Origin: Octopus sinensis
Lineage: Eukaryota
Reading direction: 5' to 3'
Length of the DNA: 35,311 nucleotides
NCBI RefSeq assembly: GCF_006345805.1
Contig: NW_021828093.1
Span: 1 to 35,311 of the forward strand
The notes under the pieces were generated by a model. The model did no database searches. It was not told the origin of the DNA and saw only the letters and a list, made by a program, of their open reading frames with translations. A program made the translations under genes and the position numbers. Of this stretch, positions 12,742 to 23,405 are shown one piece after another. Each line of letters starts with the position of its first letter. Position 1 is the first letter of the stretch.

Positions 12742-12748
<7 letters not shown>
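12446..12748 (+). mobile_element. tRNA-derived SINE family B, GC/CpG-rich copy
   Basis: A-box-like GGCCTAGTGG, B-box-like GGTTTCGATTCC, no tRNA acceptor stem, tail GGTCACGTGATCACGTGA; sits between (TG)n and (TA)n. Confidence 0.85.
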
Positions 12749-12835
<87 letters not shown>

Positions 12836-12949
12836 TTCTATCTATCGATGTGTGTGTTAACATGTGTCACTGTCATACAAGTGCTATCGTTTTATTTGCA
12901 AACGACCACGAAAACATGTCCAGCTTTCAAATTGTTCGTTTTTCAAAAT

Positions 12950-13145
12950 TACTCTTCTATTCGTTTTCAGTCATTTAACTTTGGCCATGCTGGAGCACCG
13001 CCTTTAGTCGAGCAAATCGAACCCAGGTCTTATTCTTTGGAAGCCTAGTATTTATTCTATCGGTCTCTTTTGCCGAACCGCTAAGTTACGGGGACGTAAA
13101 CACACCACCACCGGTTGTCAAGAGATTTGGGGAGGGGACAAACAC
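12950..13145 (-). mobile_element. SINE family A, 3' half (partner of 13778-13930)
   Basis: Reverse-complement similarity to 13500-13723. Confidence 0.9.
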
Positions 13146-13300
13146 AAATACACAAACATATATACACACATATATACATACACACGCACACACACACACA
13201 TATATATATATATATCATATATATATATATATATTATACATATATATATCATATATATATATCATATATATATATATAAACATGCTAATATATATATATA

Positions 13301-13472
13301 GGCGCAGGAGTGGCTGTGTGGTAAGTAGCTTGCTAACCAACCTCATGGTTCCGGGTTCAGTCCCACTGTGTGGCACCTTGGGCAAGTGTCTTCTGCTATA
13401 GCCCCGGGCCGACCAATGCCTTGTGAGTGGATTTGGTAGACGGAAACTGAAAGAAGCCTGTCGTATATATAA

Positions 13473-13504
<32 letters not shown>

Positions 13505-13723
13505 TTGTGTGTCTGTGTTTGTCCCCCTAGCATTGCTTGACAACCGATGCTGGTGTGTTTACGTCCCCGTCACTTAGCGGTTCGGCAAAAAGAGACCGAT
13601 AGAATAAGTACTGGGCTTACAAAGAATAAGTCCCGGGGTCGATTTGTTCGACTAAAGGTGGTGCTCCAGCATGGCCGCAGTCAAATGACTGAAACAAGTA
13701 AAAGAGTAAAAGAGTAAAAGAGT
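13301..13723 (+). mobile_element. SINE family A, full-length copy
   Basis: GGCGCAGGAGTGGCTGTGTGGTAAG head, GGTTCAGTCC B box, CORE-like CCTTGGGCAAGTG, central (TA)n(TG)n, (GTAAAAGA)n tail. Confidence 0.92.
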
Positions 13724-13777
13724 ATATACGTATATATATATATATATATATATATATTAATATATATATATATATAT

Positions 13778-13930
13778 ACGACGGGCTTCTTTCAGTTTCC
13801 GTCTACCAAATCCACTCACAAGGCTTTGGTCGACCCGAGGCTATAGTAGAAGACACTTTCCCAAGGTGCCACACAGTTGGAATGAACCCGGAACCATGTG
13901 GTTGGTAAGCAAGCTACTTACCAAACAGCC
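13778..13930 (-). mobile_element. SINE family A, 5' half
   Basis: Reverse complement of 13310-13465. Confidence 0.9.
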
Positions 13931-14625
13931 AAGAAAAGACGATTTCGTTTTGAAGCCTCTGCTATAATTCCGACGAGATTTGGTCTAGTTTTTATCGACA
14001 ATAATTACTGAGTTGTTGTTGACTATACCAACGATATGACGGATGAATAATTACAACAGAAAAATTAAGCATTATTATCGCAAATAAATATCTGTTATTA
14101 GTCCATCTCTAAAACAGATAAATGTTACCTTAAAGTAGTAAACAAGTTCTAAACGTTACAAATATTCTCAAGTGGAGTTCCAAAACAGCAACATTATTCG
14201 TTAATTTAATAAAAAAAACTATCAGTTTCAGAGAGATAATTATCAAATATATGCTAATAAATAGCAACACTTCTTTCCAAGAAACGTCTTAAACGAAAAT
14301 GGAAGTAATGAATAGAGATAGTAAACATGCTAATATATATATATATATTCATCTACCTCGATCGGGTGCTAAAAGCTTTCAAGTGACAAATTCCGTCAGA
14401 AGACGCGAAGCAGCAGGAAGCGTAATAATTTACAAGAAATTTAGAAGTCAAACATTACTCTACAAAGAAATGAGATTGTTAGAAAATTACGGCGGTACCT
14501 TCTCAAGAAGAGAGAAATATATCCATATATCCTGGAGAGATGTTTGGAGATGTCTATATATATATATAGATAGATAGTAATTATACTCTCAGCTTGAAGA
14601 GGAGCCTGCAACATACACCTCTCTT

Positions 14626-14668
<43 letters not shown>

Positions 14669-14708
14669 ATATATATGCATATATATCAGTGTATAGAGAG
14701 AGAAAGAA

Positions 14709-15072
14709 ACAGGTTGGTACTCTGAATATCGATCGTGTGGTAAGTGTTCGGCCATTGGAGTCTGAATGAGAGTTCGATTGAAGAGTCCAAAGACTACTGG
14801 ACGTTAGTCTGCGATTGGTCCAGAAAGGTCACGTGGTATAACAATATGTTGTTAGTATTTTAGCGACAACACTTACTTGAAAAATACTGCATGGTGAATC
14901 GACAGCGTGGACAGGAAATCGGTCGTGTGGTTGGGGAGGTGTAGGCTAACGTCCAGTAGTAAACACTGACTCTCTTCGATGGAACTCTTATTTAGATACC
15001 AATGGCCGAAGACTAGCCACACGCTTGAAATTCAGAGTATTAAGGATTCTGAATCAAACTGATTTAACCTGT
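14709..15072. repeat. Diverged inverted repeat with outward-facing HHR relics (Penelope pLTR-like)
   Basis: Arms 14709-14812 and 14941-15072 share CTACTGGACGTTAG, TTCGGCCATTGG and TACTCTGAA blocks. Right arm reads TGG CCGAAGA..GCTT GAAA TTCAGAG TA. Confidence 0.7.
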
Positions 15073-15128
15073 ACGTGTAACTCCCAATATATGTGTTGAG
15101 TGCCTTTCTTTCGTTTGTATACTCACTC

Positions 15129-15223
<95 letters not shown>

Positions 15224-15389
15224 TTACTCACTCGTATGTAAATGTATATGTATTTTTCATTGTTCACAAATAACGCGGAAAAAATAAATAGTTACCAGGG
15301 TAGCAAAAATTCATATAAGTACTTATAATGGTAGAAATTCCAGAGTTTAGTGAAATGTTTTCGTAGCATAGAAAAATAAATAACTGTCG

Positions 15390-15823
15390 TTAAACGCAGG
15401 TGTTTTTCAAATCTTTATACTTCCGACATATGTTTCAAAGTAAACATTGGTATTATTCCAGAAGGAATAAAATGATCTCATCAGGGAAAAAAAGAGAAAC
15501 AAAACGCATCAATAAGACACTTTAACCGAATATGATTACTGCATATATGACGAAGGGAACGCTGGTAAGTTATTTTGTTTTTAAAAACCGTCAATAGATA
15601 TAACCTCAAAAGCAATTTAAAAAAAGAGAAGGAAGGGGAAGAAAGAAATTAGGAGAAAATTAAGAGTAGAGAAATATAGTGCGATAGGTGAATAGGAATA
15701 AAGATTAATGGTCTGGAAATAGATATATTTAGTGGAAATGAAATGTAAGAAGACAGTTAAAAACCAATGTTTCTCCGAAACATATGTCGGAAGTATAAGG
15801 ATTTGAATAACAACTGTGTTTAA
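15390..15823. mobile_element. Penelope pLTR-like element with inverted terminal copy
   Basis: Arms 15390-15451 and 15763-15823 are similar inverted copies; T-rich minus-strand body leads into an HHR. Confidence 0.7.
15420..15489 (-). ncRNA. Type I hammerhead ribozyme motif
   Basis: Minus strand: TTCC CTGATGA [41-nt stem II with TATTCC/GGAATA hairpin] GAAA C ATAT GTC GGAA. Stem I TTCC/GGAA, GUC triplet, palindromic CATATG stem III. The base of stem II is weak. Confidence 0.75.
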
Positions 15824-15867
15824 CTCCATTTATATATATATATATATATATATATAGTAATTATATG

Positions 15868-15930
15868 GCGGTGCCCCAGCATGGCCACAGCTCATTAGCT
15901 GAAACTGGATAAATCAAAATCAAAATCAAA
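15868..15930 (+). mobile_element. SINE 3' fragment
   Basis: GGCGGTGCCCCAGCATGGCCACAG...CTGAAAC followed by an (AAAATC)n tail. Confidence 0.7.
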
Positions 15931-16029
15931 ATCAAATATATATATATAATGTTTTAGTTCAAACTTAGCGGAATGAAATAATATTATTTCCTTCCATCCT
16001 TTACATAACTTCTTCATATACTCTTTGTC

Positions 16030-16655
16030 TCCCTATCATATTGAAGGTCACCCAAGTGGTCACCTCCGATTTCGTTAATACTATTCCGCAACTGCACGAT
16101 TTCACCTCACGTCTGTTTACCTTCCTACATATCCGGCCCAGCACAACTTGTGATTTCAGTATTCTGCAAGAAAATCGCCCACTCTACTCTCTTCTTGATT
16201 TGCATTTCTGATATGGGATCTTTTCACTTTGACAGACAGATTTTAAACATAATTTCTATGTAACTAAACACTTTTAAACTTCGTATACTGGTAGTGTGTT
16301 ACATAAAACATCTTTTTCTCTTGGCTTTCTTGAGAAAATTCTGTAGTTTGTAAGCTATTTGAAATATGTCGTAAATAAGAGTGACAGATTGATATGACAC
16401 CGCCAGAAAATGTTGTATTCACCTCAATAGACATCATTGATTGTTTGAAATTGCCGAAATGCAAGAAATTAAACAACAAATAGCTTACAAACTACAGAAT
16501 TTTCTCAAGAAAGCCAAGACAAAAAGATGTTTTATGTAACACACTACCAGTATACGAAGTTTAAAAGTATTTAGTTACATAGAAATTATTTTAAAAATCT
16601 GCCGGTCAAAGTGAAAAGATCCCTGATATGATCCCGCAGCGATATTCCTGGTAAA
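16030..16655 (+). mobile_element. CR1/L2-like LINE RT remnant interrupted by a MITE
   Basis: 16030-16215 plus 16631-16655 align to the reverse complement of 19275-19500. Frames give a PQ..PTLFLICISDI-like RT motif. Confidence 0.6.
16216..16622. mobile_element. MITE with 146-bp TIRs and 8-bp TSD (Merlin-like candidate)
   Basis: TIRs 16216-16361 and 16477-16622 with about 6 differences; CTGATATG at 16208-16215 and 16623-16630; termini GGATC..GATCC. Superfamily is inference. Confidence 0.85.
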
Positions 16656-16659
16656 GCTA

Positions 16660-16779
16660 TATGTATGTATGTATGTAATGTATGTATGTATGTTGTATGT
16701 ATGTATGTATGTATGTATGTATGTATGTTATGTATGTATGTATGTTTGTATGTATGTATGTTATGTATGTATGTATATA

Positions 16780-16846
<67 letters not shown>
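16660..16846. repeat. (TATG)n then (TA)n
   Basis: Direct inspection. Confidence 0.95.
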
Positions 16847-16849
<3 letters not shown>

Positions 16850-16861
16850 ATAAAGGCATAT

Positions 16862-17070
16862 ATTAGGAGAGAATTCACAAAAAAAAACTAAAGACGAAGA
16901 CAGGTGGTGTAGACAACAAATAGATGTATTAGTTTAACACTCGGGAAGTGAAAAAGTCCTTAACGTTTCGAGCCTTTGCTCTTCCACAGAAAGGAACATA
17001 GAAAGAAACAAGGAGAGAAAATAAAGAATGTGTAGTGGCTCGCGATATATCATGGCGAATGCAGGACAGA
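16862..17070 (-). mobile_element. Penelope pLTR-like fragment with variant HHR motif
   Basis: Minus strand: TCGCCATG, pyrimidine tract, TCCTTT CTGTGGA A GAGC AAAG GCTC GAAAC GTT AAGGA. Its tail resembles 9022-9072. Confidence 0.55.
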
Positions 17071-17469
17071 GGGGTCACACAGGAGAGCTAGGAAGAAGGG
17101 ATGCTTGTACTCCCATGTTTTGGTTTTGTGTGGCAATCAATATTCCTTTTGTGCTCTCTCTATTTGTCTGCTGTCCTGAGACATTTCCCTTTCGATCACG
17201 CCTTAGTTCCTTTTTGTCAAGTATTGACCGTATCAGGATTTTCTTGCCAACTCCATAGCATACTTTAAATCCAATTTTTAATTTAAAATTTCATCAATTA
17301 TTTGTTTTTATTGTTCGTCAGTCAACCTCGTAGCTGTTTGATACACCAGCCTCTTGTTGATATTTTCTTAAACATTTTTGTAAATAATTTTGTTTGTATT
17401 TTATAACCACTTGTATTACTTTCCATTCACCCCGTAACTAACAAAGTTGTTTTAACTATAAACAAGTGT

Positions 17470-17715
17470 GGAGGCGCGTGACTTAGTGATTAGGGTGTTG
17501 AACCCATGATCGTAAGGTTGTGGTTTCGATTCCTGGACCGGGCGATGTGTTGTGTTCTTGAGCAAAACACTTCATTTTACGTTGCTCCAGTCCACTCAGC
17601 TGACAAAAATGAGTAATCCTGCGACGGACCGACGTCCCGTCCAGGTGGGGAATTTCTACGCCACTGAAACCGGGAAACCGGCCCTTATGAGCTTGGCATG
17701 GCTCAAGAAGGAACA
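17470..17715 (+). mobile_element. tRNA-derived SINE (family B-like head, different body)
   Basis: GGAGGCGCGTGACTTAGTG head, GGTTTCGATTCC B box, TTGAGCAAAACACTT, and a CCTGCGACGGACCGACGTCCCGTCCAGG block. Confidence 0.8.
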
Positions 17716-17769
17716 TTTTATAAACAAGTTATTTCTGCAGTCACGGTATATTTGCTACTTACGTATGTA

Positions 17770-17810
<41 letters not shown>

Positions 17811-17813
<3 letters not shown>

Positions 17814-18010
17814 TGTGTCTGTATCTGTCCCACCACCACCATTGCTTGACAACCGATGTTGGTGTGTTTGCGTCCCTGTACTTTAGCTGTTCAGCAGAGG
17901 AGACTGATAGAATAAGCACCATGCTCACAGGGATCAATCTCTTCGACAAATGGGTGGTCCTCCAGCATGGCCACCATCAAATGACTGAAACAAGTAAAGG
18001 AATAAAAGAA
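17811..18010 (+). mobile_element. SINE family A, 3' half
   Basis: GCTTGACAACCGATGTTGGTGTGTTT...CAAATGACTGAAACAAGTAAA. Confidence 0.85.
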
Positions 18011-18183
18011 TACCAGAAAAACGTTCTGTAACACAAAACCAAGAAGGTTCTTTGAATATGTACGATGTATTTTAAGGTTAAATAGTAATTTTGTTTACGT
18101 TTGTGTAACTGTGATATTTTGGTTAGATTATATAGTCATTGGTGTTACATTACTTTCTATATTCTGTAACTGTCACAATATAC

Positions 18184-18327
18184 TTTTCTAGACCTGAAAT
18201 GTTTGTGGGGAGGAGTCCAGTTGAGTCGATCGACTCCAGTACACAACTGGTACTTAATTTATCGAACCGGAAAGAACGAAATGTAAAGTTGACCTCGGAA
18301 TAATTTGAACTCGGAACGTAAAGACGG
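18184..18327 (-). mobile_element. SINE family C, diverged
   Basis: Reverse-complement similarity to 9430-9530 (ACTGGTACTTAATTTATCGA, AAAGTTGACCTCGG). Confidence 0.7.
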
Positions 18328-18689
18328 TCATAATATGCAAACATTTCTCATGGCACCAGTACACTATTTATAGATGCTTACATATTTTTTATGTTTTCCG
18401 TGAATTTTTCAAGTGTCCAGTTAGTTAGATGTGATTATATCTCAGATTTAAGAAGTACTAAATAAATACTGTATCGTGCTTTCATGTTGAGTACATCAGT
18501 ACAACAGACTATGTATTCACTTGGCATGATAGAGAATGTATTCTAACTCAGTTTGTAAAACGAGCACAAGAGTATAAGCTGCCTCTTAAGCTTGCCTTCA
18601 TGTTTTTAAAAAAGTCCTTTTATAACGTAGAGATATCGATATCATGCTGAAATCTCTAAGGATGCAAAATGTCGAGGTACGATACATTA

Positions 18690-19080
18690 ACTGCTGAGAG
18701 AGGCGAACTCGGAATGCACTGTTGATACAGATATGTTTTCACAATCCGTAACCCTTCTGGTCAGGAAGAGCAACCAGCAAGGAGCTACAACCTCTTCTAC
18801 GCTCTTCACTACATATCACGAAACGGTCATCAGAGACATTGACTGGGACCGTGACGTGAACATTAGAGGCAATCTATTACTGCACATCCAGATTCGCGGA
18901 CGACATTGTACTCAGATCAGTGTAGACTATTCTTCCAGGGATGGACATCTAGAGTAGATCTCAAAATAAATGCATGAATGCAAAATACATGCATTCTGAA
19001 GACGTAATACAGGATCGAGTAGAGGTGGAAAGTCATAAAATTGAAGCGGTTAAGGTGTATTTATACTTGGGTCAAGATAA
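18690..19080 (+). pseudogene. RTE-clade LINE reverse transcriptase remnant
   Basis: RKSNQQGATTSSTLFT (like RKGVRQGDxxSPxLF), a frameshifted RFADDIVL, and KIEAVKVYLYLGQ. Confidence 0.8.
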
Positions 19081-19274
19081 ATACACGCCGAGGTAAGAAT
19101 GTTGAAATCTAACGTAGAGAAATAGCAGAGTGGACGGGGTTTACTTTGAGACTCTGCGTGCCAAACATTTTAATAGCACTGACCTGCATGTGTTCTTATA
19201 GGTAAGGGAGACAAAGGCAATTACGGAGCAGAAGGAACTGGTTAAGAGACAGGATGGGGGCATGGAAAGATCTA

Positions 19275-19520
19275 TTCCAGGAATATCGCTGCGGGAGTAT
19301 ATCAGATATGCAAATCAAGAACAGAGTAGGGTGGGCAATATTCTTGCGGAATACTGAAAGCACAAATTCTTCTGTGTCGGACATGTAGGAAGGTCAACAG
19401 ACGAGAGGTTAACCCGTGCAGTTGTGGGATAGTATCAACGGGATCGGAGGTGACCACTTGAGTGACTTTTGAGATTATGGGAAAGTGACATACTTTTAAG
19501 CCCCACATAGAAGAGCCTTG
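19275..19520 (-). pseudogene. CR1/L2-like RT remnant
   Basis: Frames give SIPQE / HPTLFLICISDIL; paralog of 16030-16655. Confidence 0.55.
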
Positions 19521-19581
19521 CAACCATCGATATATAGGTAATCCGCTAAACTTGTCTAAAAAATAAAGACAAAATAGTCAT

Positions 19582-19950
19582 AACAAGAGCACTCAGAGAG
19601 TACAAACCTTCGCCAAGGCAAAACCAACGTCCTCTCAGCGATTAGCCGGGGATGATTTTTGAAATGAGAATATTTGAAATAAACTCGACTGATCACACAA
19701 ACGAGAATACTAAAAATGAACCTGACCCCTCTCAAAAATTAAGTAAAAAAAAACAGGAAAAATAATCCAGAATTCTTGTCCGGTACGAGATCAATCCCAA
19801 AATCTAATCAGTTCCTGCCAGTCACGAGGCCAAGCATCCCGAAAAGCTTCATCCGAATCCATCCAGCATTTCTTGAGATATCTTGTCCACGGACAAACAA
19901 ACAAACGAACAAACACGATTGAAAACAATACCACCACCCTCGGAGATATT
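19582..19950 (+). mobile_element. Helentron-associated (HINE/DINE-1-like) non-autonomous element
   Basis: ACAAGAGCACTCAGAGAG start, subterminal CCTTCGCCAAGG (19607-19618), a (CAAA)n microsatellite near the end and a decayed 3' CC..CCTCGGAGA. This matches HINE layout as I recall it. Confidence 0.55.
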
Positions 19951-20149
19951 TTAGAATAATATTTTAGAATCAATTATTATGCCTTTGTTTTCTTACCTAG
20001 TCCTCCTAATTCACTTAGATTTCAGTTGAGAATAAATATCCTTATCTGCTGAATATTTAAATGTCGATAGTTGCTTTGCTTTTCTTATCCGTGTTTCTTT
20101 ATCTCAGATGATATTAGTGGCTTTATTAATTCTCATGTGCTTAAAGTTG

Positions 20150-20400
20150 CCTCGGTACAGTTTTCCAAACTGAATTTTACAAAAGTCTCTCTTGAGAATT
20201 CGTGTACCATATGACAGTGTTCCTTAAATTATTTTTATCGTATGCAACTTACAACTTGATGCCATCAATATGCAAAAGATGTTTGATTTCCCTTCCATTG
20301 CATTTAAATTGATGCATGCCCGGGGCTGTTCAGTATGGTGGCTAAAGCTGTTAACGTCAGCCACTCACGAAAGCATAGAGCAAGTGGCCATTTGGTAATA
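20150..20400 (-). pseudogene. Non-LTR RT remnant, R4/Dong-like
   Basis: Minus strand: LATILNSPGH..IKHLLHIDGIKL (like HLLYMDDIKL) and FSLENC (like FGLDKC). Confidence 0.5.
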
Positions 20401-21199
20401 GAGATTTATTCATGACATGTTTTATTAGTACTACATTACTTACCACTTTTTCTTTCTTGGCTTCACGAATAGCAAATTCTGTCAAAAATCATCTGTAACT
20501 GATTGTTCGCTATGCTAAAACTTTTTGTTCGCATTTCAAAGTTTGCAGTTATGGAATTCTTATCATTAATCGACCTTTACAACCATAACTGCAAACGCAA
20601 CACTACTTCTGTTCTTCTCAATGTATCGTTTTTTTTTTTTTCCAGCTAATCAATTTATCCATTGCAGTTGTGTTGCAGATCAGACGGTGTCTAACCTGTT
20701 GGAAGCCAAGTTAATGTGTCAGTAGTTTTGAGGGATTTGCAGTTTCTTTAATCTTCGGAATTGAACTGATTTGTCCTCGGTAGACCATTGAGCTGTCGCT
20801 TCTGACACACGTTTTACGCATCACACAAAATATAGAGAGCACGGAATATCGATCTTGTTAAGCGGTGATTGACAGAGGCAATCGTCAATAAACGACAGAA
20901 GCAAAATCAATAACGCTTGGTAGAGAACAAACGTTAGATTGGAGAAAGTGAAAAATTAGTTTTCTCGAACGCAATACACAAATGCTGTGGAGTTTTTTTA
21001 ATTACGTATCGAGCGTTAAAACACGAGGGAATGAAAACTCTTGGATGGGACGGAGTGGAAGAGGTTTTATAGAACAACAAAGTCATGGTTCTGTCTTCGA
21101 CGGATCGGATTATAAGCGTTTTCTCGTTTCTCGATAGTATGTAGATGCATGTATTAGTCTATTTGCACTGTACTCGAAGACAAGAATGGTACTTTAATA

Positions 21200-21373
21200 C
21201 AGTGCTCCGCAACCGGTATGCCGCGGCACACTGGTGTGCTACGAGGTGATGCTAGGTGCGCCACCCTTAAATTTTTTTCCCTACACTTTTAGTTATATTA
21301 GTAGTTCAGGTGTGCCGCTGAATTTTGAAAAGGATATAAGTGTACCGCAAGTAGCAAAGGTTGTGGGGCACTG
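21200..21373. mobile_element. hAT (Charlie-like) MITE
   Basis: TIRs CAGTGCTCCGCAACC and GGTTGTGGGGCACTG; 8-bp flanks CTTTAATA and CTTTAACA. Confidence 0.85.
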
Positions 21374-21691
21374 CTTTAACACTTATCACGACAGCCTACA
21401 GCAACCCATGGGGAAATATGTGAAGTAATGTTAAAAGCCGATAGCAGAGGCAGAAATGCAAGCAACATTGAACAGTGGCACGAAGTGCAAATCGATTAAA
21501 TTGGATAGTCTGTTCTGAGAATTTTACGAATGCATGCTGACATATTCAGCGACCTCACTGCCATAAACGGGGCGGGGAGTTAGCAAAAATTGTTGGCGAC
21601 TGTGGTCGGTCGTTTTGCCTTGAAAGCCTCACTCAACTCTTTTGCCATTCTTAACTCTTCATATTTGCTTCATTTTCATCCACTGCTTCAG

Positions 21692-21735
21692 AAGTTAGAG
21701 CAAATGAAAGATATTCCTTTCGAAGTAGAACGGAG
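21692..21735 (+). CDS. Candidate host-gene exon C (-VRANERYSFRSRTE)
   Basis: Pyrimidine tract ..CTGCTTCAG| and donor GAG|GTGAGT; phase 1 to 0. May instead lie within an old repeat. Confidence 0.25.
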
Positions 21736-22492
21736 GTGAGTCATGCAAGCATATTCAAAAGGCCTGATAGTGATGGTATCGAACAAGACGGAAATAAAAG
21801 TGGCAAGCACAATCAAGAGCAAAGACTGATCTGAGTCACCCGATGGGTTTGCAGAGTGACACCTACAGAAACAACTCCGTGCCCTAAAACAACGTTGTGA
21901 AGTACTGGGCCAACGGTTCGAATATAATGGCTTTAATCTTGTTCTAATGAGATATGATCTGGAGCTAGATTACAAGTAGAGTGGCCAGCCTTATTTTGGG
22001 TTAGGGTTAGGGCGTCTGAAAGATTGATTAGAAATAGCAAACCCTTACATCACTCTCCCATTCTTTATTGCCTCATCATCATGCTTTGCTTATTGTTCGG
22101 CTGATAAGATGGAATCATCTACTTTTCTGCTTCTTCTGGAAGAGACCATTCCACAGCTCAAGCAACCATCACCCTCCTCTCTGTGAGGCTCGGCATGGTG
22201 TAACTGGTGTTGCACTGAATCTGACCGATGTTGCGGTATCTGTAGAGATTTCTGGGTAATGAACACGTATGGTCTACATTTGTGAGGCACATCCACAGAT
22301 GATCTCTGACTGAGCCGGTCTTTGCTGAAGTATAAACCAATACTGGGCGACTAGCATCTGCATTTATTTTAGATACTCTCAGGCCGTTACCAGTCGGTTG
22401 GTGCGTTCAGCAGAGAGTTCACTTTCAATGTATAGAAGAAAAAGTAGTGAGGTATGGGTCGCAACATTCGACTGTGGATAACGCCCAAAATC

Positions 22493-22572
22493 TCTTCTAC
22501 TATAGCCTCGGGCCGACCAAAGCCTTGTGAGTGGATTTGGTAGACGGAAACTGAAAGAAACCCGTCACATAT

Positions 22573-22619
<47 letters not shown>

Positions 22620-22855
22620 GTATGTGTGTGTATATGTTTGTGTGTCTGTGTTTGCCCCACCCCAACATCGCTTGACAACCGATGGCGGTGTGTTTACGTC
22701 CCCGTAACTTAGCGGTTAAGCAAAAGAGACCGATAGAATAAGTACTAGACTTACAAAGAATAAGTCCTGGGGTCGAGTGCCTTGACTAAAGGCGGTGCTC
22801 CAGCATGGACGCAGTCAAATGACTGAAACAAGTAAAAGTGAGTAAAAAGAGAGTA
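22493..22855 (+). mobile_element. SINE family A, 5'-truncated
   Basis: High similarity to 13390-13723. Confidence 0.9.
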
Positions 22856-23222
22856 ATAGATCTATCCCACCACCCCACCATTAGCAACCGAAACAACCAG
22901 TATTTATCAATAATGAACCTTCTATCGTATTGTCGTTTTGTATCTCCAATCTACATATTCCATGGCAATTTCATAGAATCGAATCAATAGTGCATTAGAC
23001 AGCCAGCCGCATAGTCTCTACTTTGCATCCTGTCACACCAATACAGCATAATACCCATAGCTAAGGCACATAAATATCTCGAAAGTCCTCGTCCTGTACG
23101 CTATCCAAGCTGTAATTAAATGTGCTGTTTAGTTGAGTTTTCTACGAATCCTAAACGAACAATTTGACATAGACAAACATGTGTTTGTGCGCGTGTGTGT
23201 GTATGCATACGTGTAACTCTCT

Positions 23223-23276
<54 letters not shown>

Positions 23277-23300
23277 CTCTCTGTATATATATATATATAT

Positions 23301-23405
23301 AATTATAATTAGGGTTCGGCAAAAAATTTGCTTCACCACATGCCAAAAGTTTAGAAATTTCGGTATGTGGTGAAGAAAATTTTTTGCTAAACCCTAATTA
23401 TAATT
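23301..23405. mobile_element. Short foldback element / collapsed MITE
   Basis: About 48-bp arms AATTATAATTAGGGTT..CTTCACCACAT with few mismatches and a ~9-nt spacer. Confidence 0.7.

Noticed and set aside
20647-20687. Alternative exon after a strong T-tract acceptor (xNQFIHCSCVADQT)
   Set aside because: Only a weak donor (ACG|GTGTCT). Noted because it fits the same phases as exon C and so weakens the uniqueness of the exon chain.
21998-22011. Telomeric TTAGGG repeats
   Set aside because: Only two units; expected by chance.
21600-22400. Possible coding or TE remnant
   Set aside because: Multiple stops in all frames I read and no motif I can name; left unassigned.
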